In this document: positions 20,322 through 30,579 of the stretch, piece by piece
How the letters are laid out: every line of letters begins with the position of its first letter
Numbering within the stretch: position 1 is the stretch's first letter
Virus record (IMG/VR): IMGVR_UViG_3300036945_000641
Location: 1-64,000 of that record
Source of the DNA: a virus
DNA length: 64,000 nt
Direction: 5' to 3' (one strand)
Notes under the pieces: generated by a model
Seen by the model: the letters and a program-made list of their open reading frames with translations, nothing else
Database searches by the model: none
Told to the model about the DNA's origin: nothing
Program-made: the position numbers and the translations under genes

Positions 20322-21824
20322 ATGGCATACATTGGAAATAGTTTAGCACAAGGATTGGTGTCCGGTGCAAACATCCAGGATGGTACAATTGATACTCCTG
20401 ATTTAAAAGCTTCGGCAGTAACACTACCTAAAATGGATTTTAGTGCAGGTACTGCAAATGGCGTTGGCTATTTAAATGGCTCAAAAGCGTTTACTACTGG
20501 CAATGCCTTAACATTTGATGGTACTAATCTTATTGGGACTGGAAGATTTCAATCTCAATTAATTCGCATTAAAAGTCCAGCTTACTCCGAAATATATTTT
20601 AGTACAACAGATAGTGCAGGTAATGGTGCGATTAGCTATGAGCACAGTGTCGATACTTTAAAATTCTATACAAATACTACAGAACGTTTGCGTATAGCTT
20701 CTGCAGGGCAATTTGGTCTTGGTGGCGGTGCTAATTACGGAACTACTGGTCAAGTACTAACTTCTCAGGGTGCTAATGCTGCACCTATTTGGAGTACTGT
20801 AAGCGGTGGTGGTGGTACTACCACTAATGCTCTTACTATTGGCACTGGCCTAACAGGAACTAGCTTTAACGGTAGTTCAGCAGTTACCGTTGGACTAGCC
20901 ACTAGCGGAGCCAGTGCAGGTACTTACGGTAATAGTTATTCTAGTGGCAGTTATATATACCTACCACAAATTACTGTTGATATATACGGACGTATTACTA
21001 ACATATCTCAAAACTATGTTAGTTTAGGCGGTGGCGGCGGAGGTTATTCGTTTGCAAACATATACGTTAATGGAAATCCTGGGGCAACGGCAAGTAGTTC
21101 AAGCGATACTCTTAACTTTGTTGGCAGTGGAGCTACTACAGTATCTTATAGCTCTGGGGCATATAAAACTATTACGATTAGTTCAACTGCAGGAGCAGGT
21201 GGAGGTAGTACTGGTTGGTACAGTATGATTACTACTATCGGCGGAATTACCGGCTTACCTGTTCCCACAGAGTATGATGGCACCATGACTAACATGGCAA
21301 GCACTAAGTTGTTTGTTGGTGGCGAAGACTCGTCTTACATTAGTGGTAATCAACCAAGCAGCGGTCAATGGAGCAGCAATTCGGGCTCAGGTACATTCAG
21401 CATATATACTAACATGGACTACAGTCCTGGCTATTCTGGCTCAACAATCAATATTAATACATCGTCAGGAGGAGTTAGATTTGCTTTAGCTCCTAAGTGG
21501 TCTAGTTCAACTAACGGCAGCTCAAACTATTACGGCTCTAGTTACAGTGGATCAAGTTTTGGTTACTATCAAGGCTGGATGGCTGCACCTTCAGGTACTA
21601 ATAGAACGTGGTATGGTATTGTGGTAGTTGACCAGTCGGGCGTAACGGCCACAGCAGTAAACTGTACAATACATGAGACGAAGAGTAGTCAATACAAGAC
21701 CTACTTTGCAATATCAATGACTGATGCTCAAGTCTCAACTCTATACAGTACGATGGGTAATATATGTACATTTAGCACTTATGTTACTATGAGAGCATAT
21801 AGTTACTACACATATTCGATGTAA
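20322..21824 (+). CDS. Tail fibre/receptor-binding protein 1
   Basis: MAYIGN N-terminus, ERLRI repeat, Gly/Ser/Thr-rich. Confidence 0.7.
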   Translation: MAYIGNSLAQGLVSGANIQDGTIDTPDLKASAVTLPKMDFSAGTANGVGYLNGSKAFTTGNALTFDGTNLIGTGRFQSQLIRIKSPAYSEIYFSTTDSAGNGAISYEHSVDTLKFYTNTTERLRIASAGQFGLGGGANYGTTGQVLTSQGANAAPIWSTVSGGGGTTTNALTIGTGLTGTSFNGSSAVTVGLATSGASAGTYGNSYSSGSYIYLPQITVDIYGRITNISQNYVSLGGGGGGYSFANIYVNGNPGATASSSSDTLNFVGSGATTVSYSSGAYKTITISSTAGAGGGSTGWYSMITTIGGITGLPVPTEYDGTMTNMASTKLFVGGEDSSYISGNQPSSGQWSSNSGSGTFSIYTNMDYSPGYSGSTININTSSGGVRFALAPKWSSSTNGSSNYYGSSYSGSSFGYYQGWMAAPSGTNRTWYGIVVVDQSGVTATAVNCTIHETKSSQYKTYFAISMTDAQVSTLYSTMGNICTFSTYVTMRAYSYYTYSM

Positions 21825-21838
21825 TAATAGGAAATAAA

Positions 21839-22330
21839 ATGAATTTAGCTAAAATAAGCAATGGAGCTATAACAGAGTATCCTTTGAGTGCTGAGTCTTA
21901 CGAACAAGCTGTTGAAAACGGACTTGAGTTTCCTTTTGCTGCAGAAAAACTAATAGAACTAGGTTTAGTAGATGTTGTAGTAGAGCAAAGACCTATAGTT
22001 GATGCGTATGACTACATTCCACAGCCTCCACAATTAGTGGATGGTGTGTGGCATGTAACTTGGACCAAAGACTTAGATACTCCAGAAGATGTACTAGCCG
22101 TTCGCACACTAAACTTGTCTAATAGTATGCGAGCTACAAGAGACTTGTTAATCAAAGAAATACAGTGGCGTTTTGAACGATATGCTAGACTAGCAAGACT
22201 AAATAAGCCACAAGTAGATAACATAGCAGATCTTGATGCATATGTACAAGATTTAACGGAAGTGCCTGAACAAGCAGGCTTTCCGTTTAACATAACATGG
22301 CCAGAAAAAGCAGTGGGAGGTAACGCATGA
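21839..22330 (+). CDS. Tail fibre assembly chaperone
   Basis: R..RD.L...YVQDLTEVPEQAGFPFNITWP motif. Confidence 0.75.
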   Translation: MNLAKISNGAITEYPLSAESYEQAVENGLEFPFAAEKLIELGLVDVVVEQRPIVDAYDYIPQPPQLVDGVWHVTWTKDLDTPEDVLAVRTLNLSNSMRATRDLLIKEIQWRFERYARLARLNKPQVDNIADLDAYVQDLTEVPEQAGFPFNITWPEKAVGGNA

Positions 22331-24543
22331 GTTACATAGGAAATAGTCCAGGCGTGGCATCACAACGTGTTCAAACATCGTTTACAGCCACTGCCAATCA
22401 AACTGTATTCACACCAAGTGCAGGATATACGCTAGGGTACTTGGACGTTTATCAAAACGGTGTTAAACTAATCAGTGGCGACGACTATGTGGCAGCCGAT
22501 GGTTTAGTGTTTACCCTAACCTCAGGTGCACTATTAGGCGACAGCGTTGAAGCCATTGCCTACTTTCCACGTGGATTGTCAGATGGTTACATCAAAGCCG
22601 AAGCAGACACTCTATTAGCCACAAAAGCAGCAGATAATGCTGTGGTAAAATTAACTGGTGATCAAACTGTTGCTGGTGTAAAAACATTTGGTTCAAATCC
22701 CATATTAGGTGCTGGTGTGGTAAACGGCGTACCATACTTAAATGGTTCTAAAGCGTTAACCAGCGGCAGTGCTCTAGTTTTTGACGGTACTAATTTTGGA
22801 GTTGGCACAAGTTCCCCCTTATCAGTATTAAACGTAAACGGTACTGGCGGCGAGCTCATTCGTATTTCAATTACGGCTGACTCAGGCACGTTACAAGAGC
22901 CAGCACTTGGTTTTGCAACTGGTGTAACCAACACCCATCCTGCCGCAAAAATATCTGCTCTTGAGTTTGATGCTTCAGATAGTCGTGCGTCTTTGTTGTT
23001 TTACACACGAGGAACCAATACTGATTCTGCTCCAACAGAACGTGTTCGTATTGATTCTAGCGGTAACTTCTTAACGGGCGGATTAACTTCATACCCAGGC
23101 CAAGCAGATGCAAACTCAACTGCTAGTGGTGCAATTGTTCTTAACACCAAGCGTGAATTACGCTGGAATAACACCAATGCCTCCATCTATGGTGGCTCAG
23201 GTGGTGCAGACGATAACTTATATTATCATTCAGGTAATTCTCATATTTGGCGTGTAAGTGGGTCAGAAAAAGCTCGTATTACGTCAGACGGTAACTTTGG
23301 TGTTGGGTCAAGTAATCCTACTCAAAGGCTTCATGTTAATACTAGTTATGGTTTAAACTCGGGCGCTCCTGCAACTTCAGGCACAACTCAAAACGGAATT
23401 TTGCGCTTAACACCAAATAGTGCTGTATACGGCGAAACATTAGACTTTGGTATGAATGTTGGTCCAACTTATGCATGGATTCAATCTACTAATAAAGATG
23501 GTTTGGCAACAAATTACCCGTTAGTACTAAACCCTAATGGTGGTAGTGTAGCTATTGGTACCCTAACTCCTTGGACAAAATTTCAAGTAACACATAGTGT
23601 AAATAATACTAATTCATCAGCTACTAATATTAGTGATTATCAAAATGCTGCTATTGTTTTACATAATCAAGATGAAGTTGGTACAGGAAATAAAGCTGGA
23701 CTGTTTTTTGCTTTTGCAGGAAATCCGGGATTACTAGCTGGCATAGATGGTTTTAAAGAGTCTGGCACTTGGAATACGGGGCTACGCTTCTATACAAACA
23801 ATCAAACTGGCGGCAACGTTGGTACCATAGCTGAGCGTATGCGTATTACTCCAGCCGGTAACTTTGGTATTGGTACTTCAAACCCAACAGCTAAACTAGA
23901 AGTTAAACTGGCGGGTGACGGCGACATGTTTATTGGTCGATATAGTGGCGGTAATGCAAAGTTAGTATACGCGTACCAGTCAAGTTCTGACGGCTTTTTA
24001 GAGCTAAGAACTGGTGCTGACAATACTGTTACTAAATTATCAGGCTACAATGGCACTCCATCGTACTTTATGTCTAAGGTCGGTATTAACACTACTAGTC
24101 CAGACGAGCAACTACACGTTAACGGACACATTAAAGCAGACACGGCTTATCTAGCAAATGGAAATGCTCGTTTACATTTTTATACTTATCAAATTGGTAC
24201 AGCATATCCATATGCACACTTAAAAACTAGTATACCTTGGGAAAATCATGTTCAAATGTACAGTGTAGGTATTACAGGGCATGAATATGGCTCAAGTAAG
24301 CCTATTGATGCGCAAGTAGTTTGGTATAGTTATAGTCCTTCTAATGGTGTAGTAAGTATAGGCTCGTCTGGTACGCATACTATAGAGTTATATAGATCAA
24401 CTGATGGTTACATTGTAATCCGAGTAAATTTACCAAGTGGATACTATACTGCATTTACTGTGTCACAATATATGACTAACCAAGGCCTAGCAGGTTTCAC
24501 AATTTTAGGCAGTGCTGGAAGTGGTACTACTAACTACTATTAA
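22327..24543 (+). CDS. Tail fibre/receptor-binding protein 2
   Basis: MSYIGN N-terminus, FTATANQTVF domain, repeated ER(M/V)RI..GN.GIGT..P units. Confidence 0.75.
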   Translation: MSYIGNSPGVASQRVQTSFTATANQTVFTPSAGYTLGYLDVYQNGVKLISGDDYVAADGLVFTLTSGALLGDSVEAIAYFPRGLSDGYIKAEADTLLATKAADNAVVKLTGDQTVAGVKTFGSNPILGAGVVNGVPYLNGSKALTSGSALVFDGTNFGVGTSSPLSVLNVNGTGGELIRISITADSGTLQEPALGFATGVTNTHPAAKISALEFDASDSRASLLFYTRGTNTDSAPTERVRIDSSGNFLTGGLTSYPGQADANSTASGAIVLNTKRELRWNNTNASIYGGSGGADDNLYYHSGNSHIWRVSGSEKARITSDGNFGVGSSNPTQRLHVNTSYGLNSGAPATSGTTQNGILRLTPNSAVYGETLDFGMNVGPTYAWIQSTNKDGLATNYPLVLNPNGGSVAIGTLTPWTKFQVTHSVNNTNSSATNISDYQNAAIVLHNQDEVGTGNKAGLFFAFAGNPGLLAGIDGFKESGTWNTGLRFYTNNQTGGNVGTIAERMRITPAGNFGIGTSNPTAKLEVKLAGDGDMFIGRYSGGNAKLVYAYQSSSDGFLELRTGADNTVTKLSGYNGTPSYFMSKVGINTTSPDEQLHVNGHIKADTAYLANGNARLHFYTYQIGTAYPYAHLKTSIPWENHVQMYSVGITGHEYGSSKPIDAQVVWYSYSPSNGVVSIGSSGTHTIELYRSTDGYIVIRVNLPSGYYTAFTVSQYMTNQGLAGFTILGSAGSGTTNYY

Positions 24544-24546
24544 AGA

Positions 24547-24837
24547 ATGTATACCATGGAAAATACTAATATACCCCAACCAAATCCAGAAATTGTAATA
24601 CTGCTAGATGAACTGAATAAGTATAAGCGTTCTCGAAAGTTATTGTATGGAGAAATATCAGATCAATTAGATATGTTATTTAAAGATATTGACTCTGGAG
24701 TCTTTGGAGAAAATGCTAAACAAGGTTTATTTTATAAACATATTAGCAAAGTAAAAGAGTCTATTGAAAAGCCTGATACTGACTTAATTAAGCAGCAGTT
24801 AGACACTTTAATTACGTCACAACAAGGAGTTAATTAA
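24547..24837 (+). CDS. Small fibre-associated (chaperone-like) protein
   Basis: Y.R.R...Y..I.DQLDML..DID motif; follows a fibre gene. Confidence 0.5.
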   Translation: MYTMENTNIPQPNPEIVILLDELNKYKRSRKLLYGEISDQLDMLFKDIDSGVFGENAKQGLFYKHISKVKESIEKPDTDLIKQQLDTLITSQQGVN

Positions 24838-26906
24838 TGTCAAGAGCCTCAGCCTTAGCAAAAACGCTTGGCGCCGACAGCGCCCTTAATGCTGGTGATG
24901 TAAGTGGATTAGCCACTATCTCCACCTCAGGTTCCGCCAGTGACCTTATCACTGGCACCCTGCCTCCTGACCGCATAGCTGACCTAAGCATTTCAAATGC
25001 AAAGCTTACAGGCATTGCAGGTAACAAAGTCAGCTATAACAATTCGGTAAGTGGTATTAGTGCAAACACTGTGCAAGAAGCCATTGATTACTTAAAAACA
25101 ATCAGTGGTGGTGCTAGTTCAGGTCAGCAAGCAAGCTATTCTCGTCAAAAGTTTACTGCCACTGCTGCCCAAACAACATTCTCAGTAACTTACACAGTGG
25201 GTTACCTAGAAGTATACCTAAATGGCGTATTACTAGATATTACCGACTATACTGCCAGTACGGGTACAACTGTGGTGTTAAGTGCTGGAGCGCAAGCTGG
25301 TGACGAATTGGTTACTATTGCACTAGACAGCTTTGCAATTGCTGAGCTTTTACGTGTTACAACAGTATCGCCAAGCGCACCCACTGATGGTATTGTCATA
25401 GGTGCAGACGGTCAATTTGGTATTGGCATTGCAAATCCAATATATAAATTTATGGTTGGTGATGGTACAAGAAATATGTGTATCAACCCAAATAGCACAC
25501 TTGATGGAATATTTATAGGTACAACAACAAATAAACCTTTGCTGTTCGGTACTAATGATTTTGAGCGAGCGCGTATTGACATTAATGGTAACTTTTTACT
25601 AGGCAGCACAGCTAACTATAATTTACGTGCAATTATTGCCGGCCCAGCAACTGCAGCCTCAACTGGAAGTGGAAGCTATATTGTTGCTTCGTTTATTGAT
25701 ACTAACGCAATGGCAGCTGGTGTTGGCGGTGGACTAGGTTTTCAAGGTAATGATGGGCAAAACGGTTATGTAACTTTTGCCTCAATTAACGGCTCTAAAG
25801 AAAATGGAGTAAGCGGCAATTACGCTAGTTACTTAAGCTTTAAAACTAGAGCAAATGGTCAAGCCTTAACAGAACGCATGACCATTGGTTCAAACGGTCT
25901 TGTTACTATACCAAACGGTATTCAAGCAAAAGCACCTACATATGAGCTATATGGAGGCAACTATAATGAAGCTGGTTTAACTGGAACACTAAGAATTCGA
26001 CTAGGTACAGTTTATATAGCGCAGGGCGGCATGGATGTGACTATTAAACTAGCTGTAGGTGCAGGATATAATGCCGGAGAAGGTCAAGTATTTGAGTATG
26101 TACTTAGATTACGTACTTCAAACGGTAGTAGTTCTACAGCGGGTTCAAGTGGTGCAATTTACATCAATGGATTTGTAGAAAAAATTACTGTAGATGCTTT
26201 TGGAACCACAAATCCAGTAGAATCTTTCTTAGTTCAAGAAATAAATACTGGACAATATAACATATATTTTGACCCAAATAGTTTAATTGGTAACTACAGT
26301 CATTATATTGTAGAAACTCCTGCAACTGCTACATGGGTGCACAATCCAGCAGTATTAAATATTTCTGAAATTACAGGCAACTATTTAACAGTTAGCACAT
26401 GGCGTACTACGGCACTTACTGATACTAGTGGGTTTATTAGTAATACTCGTGGTATTAAATTTCCTGCATATCAATTTCAATCCAGCGACCCTAATACGCT
26501 AGATGATTATGAAGAGGGAACTTGGACACCTTCTATTACTGGTGGTGATGGCGGCTCAGTTACTTATAACTTTAACAGTGGGGTTTACCGCAAGATTGGC
26601 AGCATGGTTTACTTACAGTTTGGTGTAAACATAGCAAGCAGAAGTGGTGGTAGCGGTGAGATCTTAATCAATGGATTACCATTTCCTTCTATTACACGAG
26701 GCGCGTATCAAGAAGCATCGGCTTCGCTACAAGGTGGTGGCTGGGCAAATTCGGCATTAGCTGGAAAAGTTTATATGTTTGTTATGAACGATATGACACA
26801 AATGCGTACTCGCTATCTACAAAACTCTGACGCCCCTGTGTCGTTTACTGATATCCAAGCCGGTACATATTTTAACGGAACAATTGTTTATTGCACTGCG
26901 GCGTAA
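24837..26906 (+). CDS. Tail fibre/receptor-binding protein 3
   Basis: MSRA N-terminus, FTATAAQTTF domain, C-terminal LDDYEEGTWTP...Y.KIG..V domain. Confidence 0.75.
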   Translation: MSRASALAKTLGADSALNAGDVSGLATISTSGSASDLITGTLPPDRIADLSISNAKLTGIAGNKVSYNNSVSGISANTVQEAIDYLKTISGGASSGQQASYSRQKFTATAAQTTFSVTYTVGYLEVYLNGVLLDITDYTASTGTTVVLSAGAQAGDELVTIALDSFAIAELLRVTTVSPSAPTDGIVIGADGQFGIGIANPIYKFMVGDGTRNMCINPNSTLDGIFIGTTTNKPLLFGTNDFERARIDINGNFLLGSTANYNLRAIIAGPATAASTGSGSYIVASFIDTNAMAAGVGGGLGFQGNDGQNGYVTFASINGSKENGVSGNYASYLSFKTRANGQALTERMTIGSNGLVTIPNGIQAKAPTYELYGGNYNEAGLTGTLRIRLGTVYIAQGGMDVTIKLAVGAGYNAGEGQVFEYVLRLRTSNGSSSTAGSSGAIYINGFVEKITVDAFGTTNPVESFLVQEINTGQYNIYFDPNSLIGNYSHYIVETPATATWVHNPAVLNISEITGNYLTVSTWRTTALTDTSGFISNTRGIKFPAYQFQSSDPNTLDDYEEGTWTPSITGGDGGSVTYNFNSGVYRKIGSMVYLQFGVNIASRSGGSGEILINGLPFPSITRGAYQEASASLQGGGWANSALAGKVYMFVMNDMTQMRTRYLQNSDAPVSFTDIQAGTYFNGTIVYCTAA

Positions 26907-26965
26907 CAATATAGTTTATTATTCTGACTGGACGGCCAGAATGGACATTAATCAAAGGAACAGCA

Positions 26966-27241
26966 ATGTCATTAACAAAAGAAGTCGTTATCGACAAAAT
27001 TGAAGTTACTGAAAACGGAATAATTCAAGTTCGTCAGGTAACTCGTATCTTAGAAGACGGACAACAATTGTCCGCTTCTTACCATCGCACTAGTCTACAG
27101 CCTGGACAGGACTTGACTGGCCAGCCTGCCAATGTCGTTGCAATTTGCACGGCAGCATGGACTCCAGAAGTCATTTTAGCCTACCAAACTCAAGTAGCTA
27201 ACTCTTTGACACAAGGAGCCCCAAATGTCCAGAGCACGTAA
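26966..27241 (+). CDS. Small fibre-associated protein
   Basis: DKIEV..NG.IQVR...YHR....PG...V.AIC.AAWTPEV family, typically found after LDDYEEG-type fibres. Confidence 0.55.
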   Translation: MSLTKEVVIDKIEVTENGIIQVRQVTRILEDGQQLSASYHRTSLQPGQDLTGQPANVVAICTAAWTPEVILAYQTQVANSLTQGAPNVQST

Positions 27242-28436
27242 TATATCAAACTTACTAGGTGCTGATGGTGTTTTAAGCGCCACAGACATTACTGCAGCAC
27301 TAGGGTATACACCAGTTAACAAAGCTGGTGATAATATCACCGGCCAATTAAATGTTAGTGCCACATCAAATGTGTATATTACTTCAACTAGCACAAATGG
27401 TGCTAATGCTGGTTTCAGAATGGAAAGTGCTGGCGTTAGAGATTACGGTATTTTTAGTGATGGTGCGCTACGTTTTTACGACTTTACTGCTGCTCAGGAG
27501 CGTATGCGTATTGTAAGTTCTGGACAGGTAGTCGTTGGAGATACTTCAACACAATACAGTTCAAAACTATATGTAAACGGTGCAATTGCTGCTCGTAACG
27601 GTGGTGTTGACGGCACTTATCAACCAGCATTTATTGCCGCATACACTGGTAACTATAATGAAACTAACGTAATTTCCTCCGCAGTTTCAAGTGGAGGTAG
27701 TGGCAGCGGTTTTAGTTTTGAAATATCAAATGGTGCAGGTTCTGCTGGACGTACTAGTACCGCTTATTTCACCAGAGCAATAGTTAATATTAATACCCCT
27801 ATGAATGTTGGTGGGCAACTAGGTATTGGTAGTAATAGTTTATACTTTGAAAAGTCTGGAACTCGCAGCTGGCAATTATATGCCAATCAATCAACTGGTC
27901 AAGCTGTTTTAGCCTCTGGAGATGGTGTAGGCAACTTTATAGTAGCTGCTGCTAGAATGGGTATTGGTAACAGTACTCCTAACCAAACACTTGATGTTGC
28001 AGGCCCAGCAAGATTTGGTGGTGGTATTATTAGCGGAGAATTAGTTGCTGGCTATATTGCATCTAATTATACTGGTACTCGCTATCTATTAATTGATAAC
28101 ATGACTGATAATGCTGCTGCGGCTTTTAATATGCGTGGTAATATTGTTGCTTCATCTTATACTACTTGGAACGTATGTGATATTTACTTTAGAAGGACAT
28201 ACGCCTCTACCACATTAAGCGGTTCTATTACTGGTATTGCTCAAAGTGGTGTTACTGTTTCGCTTGTAGATATTACTTATAATAGTAAGCGTTATGCTGC
28301 TATTTGTTTTGCAGGTGGAGATCCTGCTATTCACATGAATGTTTGCGGATATAGACTAGATAATCAAGCCGTAAATGGTTATATGACGTTTGTCACTTCT
28401 GGTGTAACAGTTAATTCAACTATTGCATCTTATTAA
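27225..28436 (+). CDS. Tail fibre/receptor-binding protein 4
   Basis: MSRAR N-terminus, ALGYTPVNKAGD motif, ERMRI repeat. Confidence 0.7.
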   Translation: MSRARNISNLLGADGVLSATDITAALGYTPVNKAGDNITGQLNVSATSNVYITSTSTNGANAGFRMESAGVRDYGIFSDGALRFYDFTAAQERMRIVSSGQVVVGDTSTQYSSKLYVNGAIAARNGGVDGTYQPAFIAAYTGNYNETNVISSAVSSGGSGSGFSFEISNGAGSAGRTSTAYFTRAIVNINTPMNVGGQLGIGSNSLYFEKSGTRSWQLYANQSTGQAVLASGDGVGNFIVAAARMGIGNSTPNQTLDVAGPARFGGGIISGELVAGYIASNYTGTRYLLIDNMTDNAAAAFNMRGNIVASSYTTWNVCDIYFRRTYASTTLSGSITGIAQSGVTVSLVDITYNSKRYAAICFAGGDPAIHMNVCGYRLDNQAVNGYMTFVTSGVTVNSTIASY

Positions 28437-28452
28437 TTAAAGGGATCCTAAA

Positions 28453-28776
28453 ATGGAATTCAAAATCGTACAACTAGAGCGCCAACTACCAAGCGGCGGA
28501 ATTACCACAGCACACTGGACTGTTTCAAAAGAACAAGACGGTATTCTTGTATCAAGCTATGGTGCACAAGGTTTTCAACCTGACCCTCAAGCGCAGGGAT
28601 TTGTAGCTTTTCCACAAGTAACAGAAGCACAAGTTATTGGTTGGGTTCAAGCCGCAATGGGTACCGAAGCTGTTGCAGCTTTAGAAGCTTCACTAGACGC
28701 TCAAATCGCAGCAATCCAAACTCCGGCTACCGCAACTGGTATGCCTTGGACTCCAGTGGTTACACCAACAGAGTAA
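28453..28776 (+). CDS. Small fibre-associated protein
   Basis: F..TEAQVIGWV...G.PW motif; follows a fibre gene. Confidence 0.5.
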   Translation: MEFKIVQLERQLPSGGITTAHWTVSKEQDGILVSSYGAQGFQPDPQAQGFVAFPQVTEAQVIGWVQAAMGTEAVAALEASLDAQIAAIQTPATATGMPWTPVVTPTE

Positions 28777-28783
28777 CTTATAA

Positions 28784-29200
28784 ATGTGGTTCTTTAACTT
28801 TATACCAGGAACCTTGTTTTACGCATTATTTTTAGCAGCAGGAACAGGCTACATTGTTAGCTTGTTCCTACCACATACAATCTTACAAAAACAAGTAAAA
28901 ATTGCCAGCATAGCTGCACTAGCACTGTCAATCTACCTACTAGGTATGCTTTATGTAAATAACTGGTGGAAAGATAAAGCAGCCCAGCTAGAGCAACAAG
29001 TTGCAGAATTGGCACAAAAAAGTTCTGAAACTAACGCTGTAATCGAAAAGAAATTGGTTACTCGAACCGAAATTGTGCGTGTGCGCGGCGACGACATTGT
29101 TAAATATGTTGACCGTGAAATTGTCAAGTATAACACGCAATGCGTAATCCCACTTGAATTTGTAACCGCACACAATCGTGCAGCGGAGCAACCAAAATGA
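28784..29200 (+). CDS. Inner-membrane spanin (Rz-like)
   Basis: N-terminal transmembrane segments, coiled coil and a C-terminal Cys; overlaps the next, lipoprotein, gene. Confidence 0.7.
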   Translation: MWFFNFIPGTLFYALFLAAGTGYIVSLFLPHTILQKQVKIASIAALALSIYLLGMLYVNNWWKDKAAQLEQQVAELAQKSSETNAVIEKKLVTRTEIVRVRGDDIVKYVDREIVKYNTQCVIPLEFVTAHNRAAEQPK

Positions 29201-29466
29201 AAACTCTAACTCTACTCCTAGCACTTAGTTTAAGTGCATGCACCACAGTTGTACCAGTTACAGCCAAATTTCCGGCAGCGCCAGGACTGCAAGCTCAGGT
29301 ACCTTGCCCTCAGTTGAAAAAGCTAGAAGAAAGCGCACAGCTTTCGGACGTTGCAAAAATTGTGTCTGTTAACTACACAGAATACTACACTTGTGCAGTT
29401 AAAGTGGACGCTTGGATTGAGTGGTATAACGTGCAAAAAATCATTTTTGAAAGCCTAGGCAAATGA
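29197..29466 (+). CDS. Outer-membrane spanin lipoprotein (Rz1-like)
   Basis: Signal peptide with lipobox LSAC, Pro-rich segment and extra Cys residues. Confidence 0.75.
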   Translation: MKTLTLLLALSLSACTTVVPVTAKFPAAPGLQAQVPCPQLKKLEESAQLSDVAKIVSVNYTEYYTCAVKVDAWIEWYNVQKIIFESLGK

Positions 29467-30086
29467 ACTTAACATTAGCTCAACTCCAACAGCTCTTACC
29501 CAAAAATCCTTATGTAACTCAATGGCATGGTGCATTGTCACAGCTACTACCAGATTACGAAATCAATACCGCACCGCGTATTGCAGCTTTCGTTGCACAG
29601 TGTGCACACGAGTCTGGTGGATTTACAGCGCTCAAAGAAAATTTAAATTATCGAGCTGCTACTCTACGCAAGATTTTTCCAAAATACTTTCCCACAGATG
29701 AAATCGCCAATTATTATGCCAGCTTACCTAATAAGCAGGCTGCAATTGCCAACAAAGTTTATGCTAACCGCATGGGCAATGGTCCTGAAGAAAGTGGTGA
29801 TGGATACAAATTTTGCGGTCGTGGTTTAATTCAATTAACAGGACGCGACAACTATTCGTGGTTTGCCGCTAGTTTAGATATTAGTGTTGAAGAGGCAAGT
29901 GACTATCTTCAAACATTTGAAGGTGCAGCGCAAAGTGCATGTTGGTTTTGGGAAACCAATAACCTAAATCGTTGGGCTGATGCTGGCGATATTTTGACCT
30001 TGACAAAAAAGATCAATGGTGGTACAATTGGATTAGAAGATCGTGTCAAGCATTATAATCATGCCCTACACGTATTAGGAGATTAA
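29463..30086 (+). CDS. Endolysin, glycoside hydrolase family 19
   Basis: AAFVAQCAHESGGF, ENLNY, GRGLIQLTGRDNY and INGGTIGLEDR motifs. Confidence 0.92.
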   Translation: MNLTLAQLQQLLPKNPYVTQWHGALSQLLPDYEINTAPRIAAFVAQCAHESGGFTALKENLNYRAATLRKIFPKYFPTDEIANYYASLPNKQAAIANKVYANRMGNGPEESGDGYKFCGRGLIQLTGRDNYSWFAASLDISVEEASDYLQTFEGAAQSACWFWETNNLNRWADAGDILTLTKKINGGTIGLEDRVKHYNHALHVLGD

Positions 30087-30087
30087 A

Positions 30088-30420
30088 ATGTCAGAAGAAA
30101 AAGACTCAGCAAAAGGCGTGTTTATAGAAAAACTACTGTTTGCTCTACTACCATTAATTATTGCCGGAGTAGGTTATTTACTAAGTGCTGTAGGCACATT
30201 AGCACACCAAGTAACTATTTTAGAAAGCAAAGTAAGTTTAGTTGTAACTAGCGACAATAAACAGGCCCCTAATACTGGTGCCGAACTTGCTCGCGAAAGG
30301 TTACGCCAAGATTTAACAGAAGCAATTCAACGTAATCGTGACGCTATTCAACAAAACAAAGAACATATTAGTATTCACGAAGAAAAACTTCGTCAGTTGC
30401 AAAAGCAAGTAACAAAGTAA
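30088..30420 (+). CDS. Single-TM coiled-coil protein (holin/antiholin candidate)
   Basis: Hydrophobic segment followed by a charged coiled coil; directly after the endolysin. Confidence 0.45.
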   Translation: MSEEKDSAKGVFIEKLLFALLPLIIAGVGYLLSAVGTLAHQVTILESKVSLVVTSDNKQAPNTGAELARERLRQDLTEAIQRNRDAIQQNKEHISIHEEKLRQLQKQVTK

Positions 30421-30422
30421 CC

Positions 30423-30578
30423 ATGATAACTTCTGCCTTTTTATTATCAATTGCACTAGCGGTTTCTAACTCAGAATACCAGTGCATTAGGTGGACTTGG
30501 ACAGGCGATGTTTATAATCGTAAAGTAATTTGTCTTGAATGGAGAAAAAAGCAAGATAAGCCAACAAGGAAACTATAG
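30423..30578 (+). CDS. Small secreted protein, 51 aa (not in the ORF track)
   Basis: MITSAFLLSIALAVSNSEYQCIRWTWTGDVYNRKVICLEW...: signal peptide plus a Cys pair; fills the intergenic gap exactly. Confidence 0.65.
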   Translation: MITSAFLLSIALAVSNSEYQCIRWTWTGDVYNRKVICLEWRKKQDKPTRKL

Positions 30579-30579
30579 T

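Noticed and set aside
20322-28436. Diversity-generating retroelement acting on the fibre genes
   Set aside because: No reverse transcriptase is in the window, and I saw no near-identical template/variable repeat pair differing at adenines. A self-alignment would be needed to exclude it fully.
157-29224. Many minus-strand ORFs within the structural genes
   Set aside because: They are shadow ORFs on the antisense strand of long genes, with no RBS or recognisable motifs.
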